Source of the DNA: Octopus vulgaris
Lineage: Eukaryota
Reading direction: 5' to 3'
NCBI GenBank assembly: GCA_951406725.2
Contig: OX597829.1
Span: 50,220,001 to 50,284,000, forward strand
DNA length: 64,000 bases
The notes beneath the pieces were generated by a model. It did no database searches, was not told the DNA's origin, and was given only the letters and a program-made list of their open reading frames with translations. Position numbers and translations under genes: made by a program. Shown piece after piece: positions 26,490 through 39,561 of the stretch. Each line of letters opens with the position of its first letter. Position 1 is the stretch's first letter.

Positions 26490-27190
26490 TGCATCGATAC
26501 AAAGCACAAAATTTGTGGTGTAAATGAGGAACAAGGAACAAGGAACAAAACTGTATTAGACACAAGGTACAAAGTTTATGACGCATGGCATGAAGAACAA
26601 AATTTATAGTACATGGCACATAGCATAAACTTCTGGCATGAGACACAAAACATGTATGAGATACAAGATATGAAATTTATGATACATGGCATAAGGAATA
26701 AAATTTGAGGTATATAGCACAAAGCATAAAACTTGTAGTATGAAGTACAAAAGTTTGTGGTGTGTGGAATAAGGAAAAAATTTTTGGTACAAAGTACAGG
26801 GCATAAAATTTAAAGAATGAGGCACAGAACTCGTAAAAGACACAAGATAAGAAAATTGTAGTACATGGTACAAGGCACGAAATTTGAGTACAAAGTACAA
26901 TGTTCGAAACTTGTGGTATGAGGTATAAGACACAAAATTTGTGACACAAAGGCAAGTGGCACAAAACTTGTGGATACGAGGCAAAAGGTACAAAAATTGT
27001 AGTATGAAGGACAAAACTCAACTCGAGGTACAAGGCACGAAATTTGTGGCACATGGCTCAAAACTTCTTGCTTGAGATACAAGCTACAAATTTTGAAGGA
27101 TGTGATATGAAATACAAAACTTGTGATTTAAGGTACAAAGTACAAATTTGAGGCGTTAAGCATTACAAACTGGGCATGATGCACACAAGA
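26490..27190. repeat. Degenerate minisatellite (about 26-29-bp unit, cacaaaatttgtggtacatggcacaagg-like)
   Basis: More than 20 diverged units visible just upstream of the exon 26264-26422 acceptor. Confidence 0.8.
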
Positions 27191-27269
27191 CATTGTTATA
27201 AAACCAAAAACTGGTTGTTTGGATTTACTGGCATCATATTATTTCTTATAATACTAGCATTCCATTGGT

Positions 27270-27580
27270 TACATGACAAAGTTTCTGAGTGATCCAATCA
27301 ATGGAACAGCCTGCTAATGAAATTAACATGCAAGTGGCTGAGTACTCCACAGACATGTGTACCCTTAATGTAGTTCTCAGGAAGATTCAGCATGACACAC
27401 AGAATGTGACAAGACTGGCCCCTTTGAAATACAGGCACAATTTGTTTTTGCCAGCTGAAGGGACTGGAGCAACATGAAATAAAGTGTCTTGCTCAAGGAC
27501 ACAATGTCCTGCCAGGAATTGAACTCATGACCTAATGATTGAGAGGCAAATACCGTAACCCCTAAGCCGCACACACCTTC
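27270..27580 (-). mobile_element. tRNA-derived SINE family D
   Basis: Related copies at about 960-1270(+), 38080-38300(-) and 38370-38646(-). Confidence 0.7.
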
Positions 27581-27614
27581 TTATAAACACAGCAGTTAAA
27601 TCACTCTCAGAGTC

Positions 27615-27995
27615 AACGTAAGTAGCTTGCTAACCAACCACATGGTTGTGGGTTCAGTCCCACTGCGTGGCATCTTGGGCAAGTGTCTTCTGCTATAGCC
27701 CCGGGCCGACCAATGCCTTGTGAGTGGATTTAGTAGACGGAAACTGAAAGAAGCCTGTCGTATATATGTATGTGTGTATATGTCTGTGTGTCTGTGTTTG
27801 TCCCCCTAGCATTGCTTGACAACCGATGCTGGTGTGTTTACGTCCCCGTCACTTAGCGGTTCGGCAAAAAGAGACCGATAGAATAAGTACTGGGCTTACA
27901 AAAAGAATAAGTCCCGGGGTCGATTTGTTCGACTAAAGGCGGTGCTCCAGCATGGCCGCAGTCAAATGACTGAAACAAGTAAAAGAGTAAAGAGT
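27615..27995 (+). mobile_element. SINE family A copy
   Basis: Near-identical reverse complement of 19430-19830. Confidence 0.85.
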
Positions 27996-29409
27996 ATGAA
28001 AACAAAAGCAAAACGAAACGAACGGTTGGAGTTGCTGCTGCAACATGGAAACACAAACAGTGCAGCAAGTGAGAGGTGTCAAGTGTGCTTAAGAAACCAA
28101 AACGTGTTCAATTACGATTAAACATAATAATCTTTTATAACAATAATTTGAAAGCAATTAACACGATTGCCTGCAGATTATCAGATAATCGTTCTGCATG
28201 AAGCTAATGATTATAGTTATGGATATATTATGAGAATCTAGGTGCAAAAAGTGAAATTATTATAACGATTCCGATAATTATTATTTCAATGCTTTTTCCT
28301 TTCTTTCTTGTTTGCTTTTTTATATTTTTTTTTCATTTTCATTTTTTTTTTGTGAGTAAAACGATGTAAAGTGATTAAGGGTTGGGAAAGAGGGGTGATT
28401 GTGGCTTTTGATTTTAAACTAAAGCTAAAACCAGAAGTTTGTGTGTTTCTAATTTCTAATTAAATATTCTATCGTAAAATAATAGCATATAAATTAAGTT
28501 TTAGATTCAATTTAGAATGTTAAAAATGTGACAATTTGGTTATATTTAGTCATACGAAATAAGAAAACAAAAGTACAACATGATACTTGCATTATAATAC
28601 AAATATAATACAAATATAATACAAATATAATACAAATATAATTTATGTACTTTTTGTACTTTTTTATGACTTATTCTATATATAAATAGTTTCTTTTTAA
28701 TTGATTTTTGTTTTGTTTTTCTTTTGTTTTCTTACTTGATCATTTTTATATGAAACTGGAAATAAAAGAAAATATTATTACAAAATGGTAATGCAGGTTT
28801 AGATATGGTCATGTGACTGAGAAGTTTAATTTGCAATGATATGGTTGGTTCTTGGTTTGATTCTAATCTCTGGTGTTGGTAGTGGTGGTGGTGGTGGCTG
28901 TTTTGGTAGTAGTAGTAGTTGTGGTGTGGTGGCAGTGACAGCAGCAGTGGACATGGCGATGGCAGTAGTGGTGTTGGTGTTGGTGGTAGCAGCAATGGTG
29001 GTGATGGCCACTACAATGACCAGGAGGAGGACAAGGAAGATTGATAAGAGGGGGCAATGAGAGAATAAGGAGTATATGAGGATGGACAGATGGGATGATG
29101 GGAGGGGAGAAAAAGAAGAGGAGGAGAAAGATGATGATGTGGAAGAGGAGTGTGTGAGAATGTAGATGTCAACAGAAGACACCTGTTCACAAGGTGCTGT
29201 ACATTGTGGCCAAAACTCTGAACCATGCATAGAATTAAAGGTACTACCCAGTCAACATGTAGGAGGTGGAGTACTGAAGTGGACCCCAACTGGGTATTTT
29301 TGTTTTCGTTATTGTTTTTATACAGTTAAATATAATAAGCCAAGCCAACCAACAGAAGACCTAGGAGTAGACCAAGAATGATCTGAGACCTCCTTCGGTC
29401 ACAACACAG

Positions 29410-29725
29410 ACCATGGGATTGCATCTAGAAAGTTACCCTCCCAGGCACAAGTCCAGGCAAGGTTGTTTATGGAAGACCAGCAGTCACCCATGCATACCAG
29501 CCTCTCCTCTCCACACCACCAGTTTTTACCCAAGGGAAAGGCAAAGGGGCCGATACAGCTTGGCACCAGTGACGTTGCAACTCATTTCTACAGTTGAGTG
29601 AACTGGAGCAATGTGTGAAATAAAGTGTCTTGCTGAAAAACACAACATGCAGCCCAATTTGGGATTCGAGCTCACAACCTCACGATCGTAAGCTTGACGC
29701 TCTAACCACTAAGCCATGCACCTTC
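29410..29725 (-). mobile_element. tRNA-derived SINE family E
   Basis: Related copy at about 52500-52768; tRNA-like head (tggcttagtggttagagc...gctcgaatccc). Confidence 0.7.
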
Positions 29726-29734
29726 ACATAATGA

Positions 29735-30065
29735 ATGAAATGGTTGAATAATATCCACAGTCTTAGTAGGTAATGCTTGGGGATCCATTTAGAAATTATA
29801 ATGACAATTGCTTCTGATAGGACCCCATGGAGGAGGAGATGCCTGAGGATTATCCCTATGTCTGGCAAGAGACCTAGGGGTAGACCAAGAATGGAATGGT
29901 TGGATAATATCCATAGTCTTGGTAGGTCATGCTTGGAGTTCCATTTAGAAAGTATAATGACAGTTGCTTCTGATAGGACCCTATGGAGGAGGAGATGCCT
30001 AAGGATTCTTTCATTACAGCTTCTGATAGGACCCTATGGAGGAGATGCCAGAGGACTTTACAATC
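29735..30065 (+). repeat. Tandemly duplicated RTE C-terminal fragment
   Basis: GKRPRGRPRMEWLDNI...ASDRTLWRRR; gcttctgataggaccc occurs three times. Confidence 0.65.
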
Positions 30066-30269
30066 CATGACCCTCCCAGGAATAGTGGGTGGGTGCAAAG
30101 AAAATGGTTGAGTGATTGGATGGTTTTACAATGATGCTATTTGAAAATTTATCCAATAAAGTAAACAAAAATTTTCAGAAATTAAATATAACAACAAAAA
30201 AAAATGAAAAAGAAAAAATGCAAATAAAATGAAATTCTTAAGAAACAAAAGAAAAATACATATATTTAC

Positions 30270-30352
30270 CAAATGCATGCCAAATACATTGATGGCTGCT
30301 GAAGCTTCTCGCATTTCTTTCTCTGTTAAAGGTTCGATATCATCTTTGCTTT
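30270..30352 (-). CDS. CEP104: CEP104 internal exon: SKDDIEPLTEKEMREASAAINVFGMHL
   Basis: Acceptor atactttag, donor gtaaat; phase 1 to 0. Matches CEP104 EPEPLTEKALREASSAIDVLGETL at the start of the TOG domain. Confidence 0.92.
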
Positions 30353-30503
30353 CTAAAGTATATTACAACCAACAGAAAGAAATTTATTAAAGGCTCAAAG
30401 AAAAAAATAAAGAAAAAAAAGGAACCCCCAAAAAACAGTAAAAGTAAAGGTTCGGAAAATCAAAAAAGAGATTAAAATTTATGACTGCCACTTTTTATAG
30501 AAT

Positions 30504-30905
30504 ACTAGCAGCATAGCCCGGCGTTACCCGTGTATGTAAGAGCCCCAAGTAAGCAACGACTAACCCCAATCTAGTTCTTTCCCTCTAGGGAACAAACGCG
30601 CATGTGTAGGTTGCCATGTCTTCTCTTCACTCGAATACTTCTATGTATACGATGTTCCTTGCTGTCTCCCGACAGAAAATGTGTTGCATATAAAAAGCTT
30701 AGATTCTTGACCCCATGTTGAATTTATCGATTTTTTTCAGAACTGGGGGAACTTTTCAAAATTTTCGCTGCGGTAGTTTTGAATTATGACATTGGGCTAT
30801 GTGTGTGTCAAGTTTCATCAGAATCGGTTGAAAGCCGTGGTCAGGGTGAGGGTACAACCTGACAGACACACAGACAGACAAACTGCTGTTTATATAGAGA
30901 GAGAT
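30504..30905 (-). mobile_element. Non-autonomous Helitron
   Basis: Minus strand reads A|TC start...CGGGTAACGCCGGG hairpin-like motif then CTAG|T. Confidence 0.7.
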
Positions 30906-31106
30906 AGAGAAGAGATAGAGATAATTCCTTCCTATCTACAACCCTACTCCTTCCATCCCTTCACACCCCAAATTCTTTTTTGGTTCATTAAGGATTCTAT
31001 ACTTAGCGCATGCATGGCTGTGTGGTAAGAAACTTGCTTCTCAGCCACATGGTTCCGGGTTCAGTTCTACTGTGTAGCTGTTTCATACCAATACATACAT
31101 CTAAAT

Positions 31107-31939
31107 CAGGGGTTCTCAACCACTTTTTTTTTTATCTATGGACCCCTTTGATTATTATTTTATTCTGGTGGATCCCCATAGCTACCTGAAGTTTCAAAAT
31201 TAGTTTTATAGAAACTTCTTTCAAAATTCCTATTTTGTTTTCTTGCAATACATACCAATACATACATCTAAATCAAGGGTTCTCAACCACTTGTTTTTTT
31301 ATCTATGGACCCTTTGATTATTATTTTATTCTGGTGGATCCCCAGAGCTACTTGATGTTTCAAAATTAGTTTTATAGAAACTTCTTTCAAAATTCCTATT
31401 TTGTTTTCTTGCAATACATACCAATACATACATCTAAATCAAGGGTTCTCAACCACTTTTTTTTTATCTATGGACCCTTTGATTATTATTTTATTCTGGT
31501 GGACCCCCAAAGCCATGTTCAAAAACCAGTTTTATAGAAACTTCTTTCAAAATTCCTATTTTGTTTTCTTGCAATACATACATCTAAAGCAGGGGTTCTC
31601 AACTATTTTTTTATCTATGAACCCCTTTGATTACTATTTTATCCTGGTGGAGCCCCAAAGCCATTCTATGTTCAAAAACTAGTTTTATAGATACTTCTTT
31701 CAAAATTCCTATTCTATTTTTCACACATTAACTTGTGTAGGTTTATAATAGTGCACTCTGAGAGAACATAGCCAGAAACATGTAAAACATTTTGAGAAAC
31801 AAACCTGTATCTCACAATAAATAAATCTAAAGCAGAATTTATTCACTGACCCTTAAAATATTACTGCAAATCCCCAATTTACTATTTTGCTTATGAGAAC
31901 CTCCAGAAATTTCATATGGACCCCAGTTGAGAACCATTG
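31107..31939 (+). mobile_element. hAT-type MITE with a four-fold tandemly amplified left end
   Basis: CA(G/A)GGGTTCTCAAC at 31107, 31274, 31440 and 31590; single right end GTTGAGAACCATTG; imperfect 8-bp TSD atctaaat/atcttatc. Confidence 0.75.
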
Positions 31940-32088
31940 ATCTTATCCCAACAGCCTCGAGATTCAGAAGGAATAACCCTAAAGTTTGCAAAGGCATTTA
32001 ATCTCCATAATGCCCAACAATCATTTCTCTTAAATACTTGAAGCTAGCAACAATAGTAAATGTCATTAATTAGCTTTAAGTTCTTCAC

Positions 32089-32171
32089 CTGTAGGAACTT
32101 TGACATCATCGGGTTCTTGATCATTTAAGTCATCAGGCTTCTCTTCCACTGGCATAGAAATTCGTTTTGAT
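32089..32171 (-). CDS. CEP104: CEP104 internal exon: (K)SKRISMPVEEKPDDLNDQEPDDVKVPT(E)
   Basis: Acceptor ccattacag, donor gtgaag; 83 nt, phase 2 to 1, bridging the neighbouring exons. Acidic linker; overlaps ORF 32066..32257. Confidence 0.78.
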
Positions 32172-32434
32172 CTGTAATGGTAGTGTTTAGTGTTTGTATT
32201 AGAAGAGGTGTCCAGTTGCAATCCTCGCTTGCAAAACGGTAAGTTAACACCTAACATTCTTCGGAATCACGCTCAAATCTGTTTGTTCATCTAAAAACCA
32301 ATAATGACTTACTGTGTACTCTCGGCAACCAAATGCTTTCATTACCAAATGCCATTGAACTTTACACATGCGACTCTGATAGCCTGCCATTTTACTGTGA
32401 ACATATATGTCAGATGTATATAAATGTCTCCATG

Positions 32435-32454
32435 TATATATGTATGTGTATTTG

Positions 32455-32488
<34 letters not shown>

Positions 32489-33319
32489 TATATATGTGAG
32501 TGTGTTTGCATGTGAGCATATTTGTGTATGTATGTGTGTACGTGTGTGTATGTGCATGAGTATATGTGTGTATGTATGTGAGTGTGAGCATACATGAGTA
32601 TTTCTGTATATTGAATGTTTCTCTGTGAGTATGTGTGAGTGTTTGAGCATGTGTATGTGAGTGTTTGAGCACGTGTGTGTGTGTGTGTTTGTGTGTATGT
32701 GCATGAGTATATGTGTGTATGTATGTGAGTGTGAGTATATATGAGTATTTCTGTGTATTGAATGTTTCTCTGTGTGTATGTGTGAGTGTCTGTGCATGTG
32801 TATGTGAGTGTTTGAGCATGTGTGTGTGTGTGTTTGTGTGTGCATGTGTGTGTGTGTGTGTGCGTGTGTGTGCGTGCATATATATGTGTGTTTGCATGTG
32901 AGCATATTTATGTGTGTTTGCATGTGAGCATATCTATGTGTGTGTGTGTATGTGCATGAGTATATGTGTGTATGTATGTGAGTGTGAGCATACATGAGTA
33001 TTTCTGTATATTGAATGTTTCTCTGTGTGTATGTGTGAGTGTCTGTGCATGTATATGTGAGTGTTTGAGCATGTGTGTGTGTGTGTGTTTGTGCGTGTGT
33101 GTTCGTGTGTGTTTGTGTGTGTTTGAGCATGTGTGTGTGTGTTTGTGTGTGCGTACATGTGTGTGTGTGTGTGCATATATATGTGTGTTTGCATGTGAGC
33201 ATATCTATGTGTGTGTGTATGTGCATGAGTATATGTGTGTATGTATGTGAGTGTGAGTATACATGAGTATTTCTGTATATTGAATGTTTCTGTGTGCATG
33301 TGTGTGTGAGTGTTTGAGC

Positions 33320-33355
<36 letters not shown>

Positions 33356-33394
33356 GTGTTTGTGTTTGTGTGTTCGTGTGTGTTTGAGCATGTG

Positions 33395-33444
<50 letters not shown>

Positions 33445-33470
33445 TGTCTGTGTGTCTGTGTGTCTGTGTG
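32435..33470. repeat. (GT)n-rich compound repeat with higher-order units
   Basis: tgagtatttctgt(a/g)tattgaatgtttct recurs four times. Confidence 0.92.
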
Positions 33471-33698
33471 TTTTAGAGAGCCGTGTTGTGAATAAGTCTT
33501 GTACCAAAAACATGAAGCTGAGAACAATGAAAGAATGAATGATAATGTTACTGGTCAGGCTAGAGGCAAGAAGACAAAAGACAAATGAATAAACACCATG
33601 GTCATTCAAAGCCAGCTATAGAATAAAATCATCTGTAGGAAGAAAAAAATCCAACTAAGGCAGCAATATAAATCATTCAATCAATAAATAGATATAAA

Positions 33699-33734
<36 letters not shown>

Positions 33735-34868
33735 ATCTATACAAATTACAAGCAGTTATGGAATAACAAGAATTACAAGGAGAAATGGCAATGCAGTAAA
33801 AACAAAAAAAAACAAAAATTCCATTTAAAAAAAAACTTTAGCAAATGAAAACAGAAAACAGATATCTACTCAAATCTTTCATCATCATCATCACCATTGC
33901 CCTCATCATCACTATTGCCATCATCATCATCATCATCATCATCTTCATCACCATCTCCCTCATCATCATTATCACCATTTGTCTGCTTTGGAATGGTTTT
34001 GGTTTCTACAGATGGATGCCTTTCCTAACACCAACCACTTTACAGAGAATACTGGGTGCTTTTTTTTACATGGCACCAGCATCAGCACATTTTAGCAGTA
34101 TTTCTTCTGTCCTTACATTCTGAGTTCAAATTCCACCAAGGTCAACTTTGCCTTTAATCCTCTCAGGGTTCATAAAATAAGTACCAGTGAAACACTGGGG
34201 TCAATAAAATTGATTAGCCCCCACCCCCAAAAAATTTCAAGCCTTGGTCCTATAGTACAAAGGATTCAATATATATACAATGCATAATGTACTTTAAAGG
34301 AATCCTTCAGGCCCAAATACACAACATGGCTGGTCTCATTTGAAAAAGCAACAAAGGATGCTGGCCTATAAGGGAACATGAAAAAGGATGAGTGGAAGAT
34401 GAATACCAAAGTATATGTTTTGTCTCTGACTAGGTATCAAAGTATCTCCTTTACATCAGCACACCTGTTTCTGTCCTCTTTCTTGTACCTTTCTGCTCAC
34501 TCTCTCTCTCTCTCTCCCTCTCTTTCTCAATTTTTCTTTCTCTCTCACTCTTTCTCGATTTTCTTTCTCTCTCTCTCTCCCTCTCTTTCTCGATTTTTCT
34601 TTCTCTTTCACTCTCTCTCTCTCCCTCTCTTTCTCAATTTTTCTTTCTCTCTCACTCTTTCTCGATTTTCTTTCTCTCTCTCTCTCCCTCTCTTTCTCGA
34701 TTTTTTTTCTCTCTCTCACTCTCTCCCTCTCTCTCTTCCCTTTTTCTCAATCTTTCACTCTCTCTCCCTCTCTTCTCTTTTTCTCAATCTTTCACTCTCT
34801 CCCTCTCTTTCTCTCTCTCTTCTCTTTTTCTCAGTCTTTCACTCTCTCTCCCTCTCTTTCTCAATCTT

Positions 34869-34901
<33 letters not shown>

Positions 34902-35467
34902 GAGTAACCATGTACCTCCTCTATACCAAGGCACCTATTTCTGCCTCTCTATTTCTCTGTTATACTCTAATCTTTCATCACCTCCTCCGATGCACACTTC
35001 ATTACAGCAAGACACCTGTATCTGCCTCCCTATCACACTCTAACCTTTCGTCCTCTGACACGAGTTCCCCCTCCTCAAATGCCCCTGCTCCTCTCATAAT
35101 TCCCTGCTTTGTGAATTACTTGGTGACCCTGCCAGTGCTGGTGCCATGTAAAAAGCATCTAGTCCACACTGTGAAGTGGTTGGCATTTGTAAGGGCATCC
35201 AGCAGTAAAAACTATACCAAAACTAAGCTCACCTGTGCATGTGCCACATAAAAAGCACTCAGTCCACTCTGCTGGGTGGTTGGTATTAGGAAGGGCATCC
35301 AGCCATAAAATTTCTGCCAAAACAGACACAGTAGCCTAGGGTTGGTTTTCTACCTGGCCAGCTCCTGTCAACCATTCTACTCATGCATGCATGGAAGATG
35401 GACGTTAAACAATGATGATGATGGTGATATATATATATATATACACACACATACATACTCAAACAAC

Positions 35468-35508
<41 letters not shown>

Positions 35509-36160
35509 TAGATAGATAGATATGTATATATACATTTACACATATATATGCACATATATACAAGCACATACATATATAAACACATATATATATATATATT
35601 TGTATACATACATATATTTATCATCATCATTAAATATCCAGTTTTCCATGCTAGCATGGGTCAATTTGCCAAGGCAGATTTTCCACAACCAGATGCTCTA
35701 CCTGTCATCAACTCTCGCCTATTTTCCAAGCAAGGTAATATTTTCCCGATGACCTGACATCATGCTTTCCACAGAAGACTGGATATGAACAACACCATCT
35801 GTATGATGATGTTGTTGCTTACAACCATCACATGATATCTAGACAAGGGGACACACAAACACACACGCACAAACACATACATACATACACACACACAAAC
35901 ACATATGCACAGACAAACACATACATACATACACACACATATATATATACACATTCATTCATACATACATACACACATACATGCTCACCTACCTACCTAC
36001 AGATATACATACACACATAATTACTGGCCTGCCAAACTAACTAGTACCTACTTACCTACCTATCCACCTACATACCTACTTATTTACATCATACATACAT
36101 ACATGCATGCATACATACATTCATACACACATACATACCTACATACATATACACACACAC

Positions 36161-36220
<60 letters not shown>

Positions 36221-36346
36221 CCATACATACATACAAAAATACCCTGTTATTGATGTTGAAATTCCAATGATCTAGGTTAGAAACAGGTTTTTCCTCTATT
36301 GGCAAGAAATCATGAAATAAACTAAATAATGACATACGTACATACA

Positions 36347-36597
36347 TATTGTTGTGGCCAAAACTTTGGAATATATTTTTGTATACATGATGTCCAAGCT
36401 TCTATTTATTAAAAATAAGCAATTTGGTCTGGAACTATATTTTTGATTTTGCTTCTTTTGTCTTCTAGATAGTGAACCATTGGAACACTTCTTAGGTAAG
36501 TATATTCCTACATTGTATATATTTGAATTGAATTATACTTGGGTATAACAATTTTAATTTTTTTTTTAAATCTTCAAAACTTTTGGCCACAACTGTA
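36347..36597. mobile_element. Tc1/mariner-type MITE
   Basis: Inverted ends GTTGTGGCCAAAA...TTTTGGCCACAACTG flanked by TA. Confidence 0.7.
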
Positions 36598-36730
36598 CAT
36601 ATAAACACTATACCTACCTACATAGAAACACACACACACACACATACTGTAACATTTAAACATTTGAAATGAAATGAATAATAATTATCATTATCATTAT
36701 TATAATATGTATAATACTCATGTTGCTTAC

Positions 36731-36926
36731 TTCTTTGTCACTGGAAGTGGCCTTTCATCATATTCAGAACGAGGAGGGGGAGGAGGAGGAGGAGGAGGAG
36801 GTCTTTCATCATAATCTGAATGAGGAGACAGTGGTGATGGTGGAGGTCTTTGAGATGAAACCATACCCTGTTCTGCGGTATCGATATTCAGAGGAGACAG
36901 AATCGGTTCGGTTTCTTTAAACAGTT
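36731..36926 (-). CDS. CEP104: CEP104 internal exon, Pro-rich linker: LFKETEPILSPLNIDTAEQGMVSSQRPPPSPLSPHSDYDERPPPPPPPPPPRSEYDERPLPVTK
   Basis: Acceptor gttttaatattcag, donor gtaagc; 196 nt, phase 1 to 2, the only open frame. Contains the CEP104 YDERPLP motif. Confidence 0.9.
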
Positions 36927-37419
36927 CTGAATATTAAAACAGAAAGACGAAGAATTAATTATCACCTTTTTGCTTTCTTTGTTATCGTTTAAAGAAACAT
37001 TTAACCATTCTCACACCAGCTCCCGCCTCAGACCATCCCAAGTTCTATGAGACAAATTCCTTGTTTTAAAGAGATCAAATTAAAACCTTCTTCCATCGAA
37101 AATTTCCTGTTAGATGATGCTCTGAACACCTGCTTAGTAATAATAAAGTTATTTCACTAAATTCTTCATTATTTTCAAGATCAATTGTAACAAAGGCAAC
37201 TGATAAATGGTAACAAAAAAGTTTAAATTATTTAAATCAAAATCTTCCATCAAAATTCTGTGTTAATTTATGTTCCAAACACCTATTTAATGATGACAAA
37301 GTTATTTTATAAAATTCTCCACTCTTTTCCCAATTCATTAAAACAAAGTGAATTTCAACAGAAATATGGTTAAAAAGGATTAACCATTTTGACCCCAACC
37401 TACCAGAAACTGACTACCA

Positions 37420-37990
37420 TGAATATTAGGGAACATATTCTTGAGACAGAGTAGGAGGTAGATACTAATGACATCAGTGACCTGGGCCAAGTTGTTAGAT
37501 CCTATGGCAATATCAAAATTATTAGGGGTGCCACATCTCATCCACGCTTTACCCTCAAAGTCAATAAGACTTTATCAATTTTATCTCTAGAAAAATTCCT
37601 AGCAAAAGTGAAAGTTTTACAAAGAAGTATAGGGGAAAGGCTAAAATAATTTGCATTAATATTGAATTGTAGAAAGGAGTACTTACATTTATTATCTAAA
37701 GAGGTAAACCACTGTATGACCTCACCTGTATTTGACCATAAATTAAAGGGTATCGTAGGAATCAGTTAAAGTATAATTCTATCTAGTATAGTTTTACGTA
37801 AATGACTGATGTGTACTCTAATAGAGTATATGAGTCAAACTGATGGGTTATCAAAAAATTTCTGTTTGTGGTCCTTTAAGCATATTCTCGGTTCACAAGG
37901 CTTAACTGGTTCAGTCTGGTCGAACAGTTTAGTTTATCTATAATTTTACATCTCAGAGTTAATTTTATTGAGGTTGGATTTATAGTGGCA
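37420..37990 (-). mobile_element. Decayed Penelope-like RT fragment (second PLE lineage)
   Basis: NLWSNTGEVIQWFTSLDNKCKYSFLQFNI and FEGKAWMR...FDIAIGSNNLAQVTDVISIY resemble PLE RT motifs (W.NT..VI.WF, FDV.MGS.DGAE.C.L.G.Y). Confidence 0.62.
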
Positions 37991-38646
37991 TAAACTGGTG
38001 AAAAGAAAGGAAAAGTAATGCATTATACACATACATTCTCTCTCTCTCTCTCTCACATACACACAAACAAACATAACTGGCATTTTGTTAGTTATGACAA
38101 CAATGGTTCCAGTTGATCTGACTAACGGAACAACCTGCTCATGAAATTAAGAGGAAGGTGGCTGAGTATTCCACAGGCATGTGTACTCTTAATGTAGTCC
38201 TCGGGGAGATTCAGCTGGACACAGAATGTGACAAGGCTGGCCCTGTTTGAATTACGGTACAATTCATTTTTGCCAACTGAATGGACTGCAACAACATGAA
38301 ACAATATACATATATATATATCTCAACTTAATGAATTCCTACACACATACAGACACACACACACACATAACTGGCACTTTGTTGGATATGATGACGAGGG
38401 TTTCAGTTGATCTGATCACCAGAACAGCCTGCTAATGTAGTTAATGTGCAAGTGGCCGAGCACTCCACAGACACATGTACCCTTAACATAGTTCTCAGGG
38501 AGATTCAGCGTGACACAGAGTGTGACAAGGCTGACCTTTTGAAATACAAGTACTATTCATTTTTGCCCGTTGAGTGGACTGGAGCAACATGAAATAAGGT
38601 GTCTTGTTTAAAGACACAACGTATTGCCTAGAATTGAACTCACGAC

Positions 38647-39340
38647 CAGTGGCAGCTTGTAGATAAAATTAGTCGGGGTGCTGCTTCAGAAAATTTTTAG
38701 CCATTGTTTTAATATTGTGTAAAAGGAAAGAAACATATAAAAAGAAAATTCATGTATAAACTTGATCGGTTCACGTTTTAGCCACTGCCAGGTAGTGTGT
38801 TTAATTTGTTCACTGAACCCTGCTGCAAATCCCCCTTTGTTTTTCAAAAATCCCCCCTAAATCACAAAAAAAAGGCAAGGGACTGTGCCCTTTTTTTCAA
38901 ATCCTGGCAGCAACACTAAAGCTGGAAGCAGGATAATAATCTAATTCTACACTTTATCCCATTCAAGAATATAAACATATTTTTAAGCATGACACACACA
39001 CAGTCAAAAAGAAACACTACCTTTCAGTCTGCACTGTCGTTCACGCAGTGCTCTCTCTCCCTAGTATGAAGCTTCCTATCTTGGACATGTGAGCATGCAC
39101 ACAACAGCCAAACACCGCATCACTGGAACTGCGAAGTGCACAGTTTTGTACAAGGATTTTTGTATTTTTTTCATAAACTAGGGGATGGCTACTGACATTA
39201 AGCTCAAGGATTATATAATGTACAAGTATAAAGAAAGACTTAAAGAAAAAAAGGATTCATTATATTGAATGTTATCGATAATATTGAGTGGAAATAAAGG
39301 GTGCTGCAGTTACACAGTTCCTATACATGAGCTGCCACTG
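38647..39340. mobile_element. Non-autonomous hAT transposon
   Basis: TIR CAGTGGCAGCT/AGCTGCCACTG; perfect 8-bp TSD CTCACGAC (38639-38646, 39341-39348); inserted in a SINE tRNA head. Confidence 0.9.
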
Positions 39341-39420
39341 CTCACGACCTTCTGAATGTGAAAGAAACATGCTAGCTACTAAGCTACATACCTGCCATAC
39401 ATGCACACATATATACATAC

Positions 39421-39448
39421 CTGATGCTATAAGTTCCTTAGATTGGGT
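39421..39448 (-). CDS. CEP104: CEP104 28-nt micro-exon: TQSKELIAS(E)
   Basis: Strong poly-T acceptor ending taactttcag and donor gtatgt. Phase 0 to 1 is exactly what joins exon 40702-40857 to exon 36731-36926. No recalled homology. Confidence 0.75.
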
Positions 39449-39561
39449 CTGAAAGTTAAAAAAAAAAGAATACAGGTAAATTAGAGTAAAAAAAACTGTT
39501 ACATGAAATTTTAAAGCAGTTTTTCTTTGATTTTTTTAATGCAGTTGTTTTTTAGCCTCAC

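Noticed and set aside
32313-32394. Candidate extra CEP104 exon KMAGYQSRMCKVQW... with cag acceptor and gtaagt donor
   Set aside because: It starts in the right phase (2) but ends in phase 0, incompatible with the next exon, and has no CEP104 similarity. At most a poison exon.
32244-33609. Long HT/CV-rich ORFs (also LSIY-type ORFs at 51341-52208 and 55806-56574)
   Set aside because: Stop-free translations of di- and tetranucleotide microsatellites.
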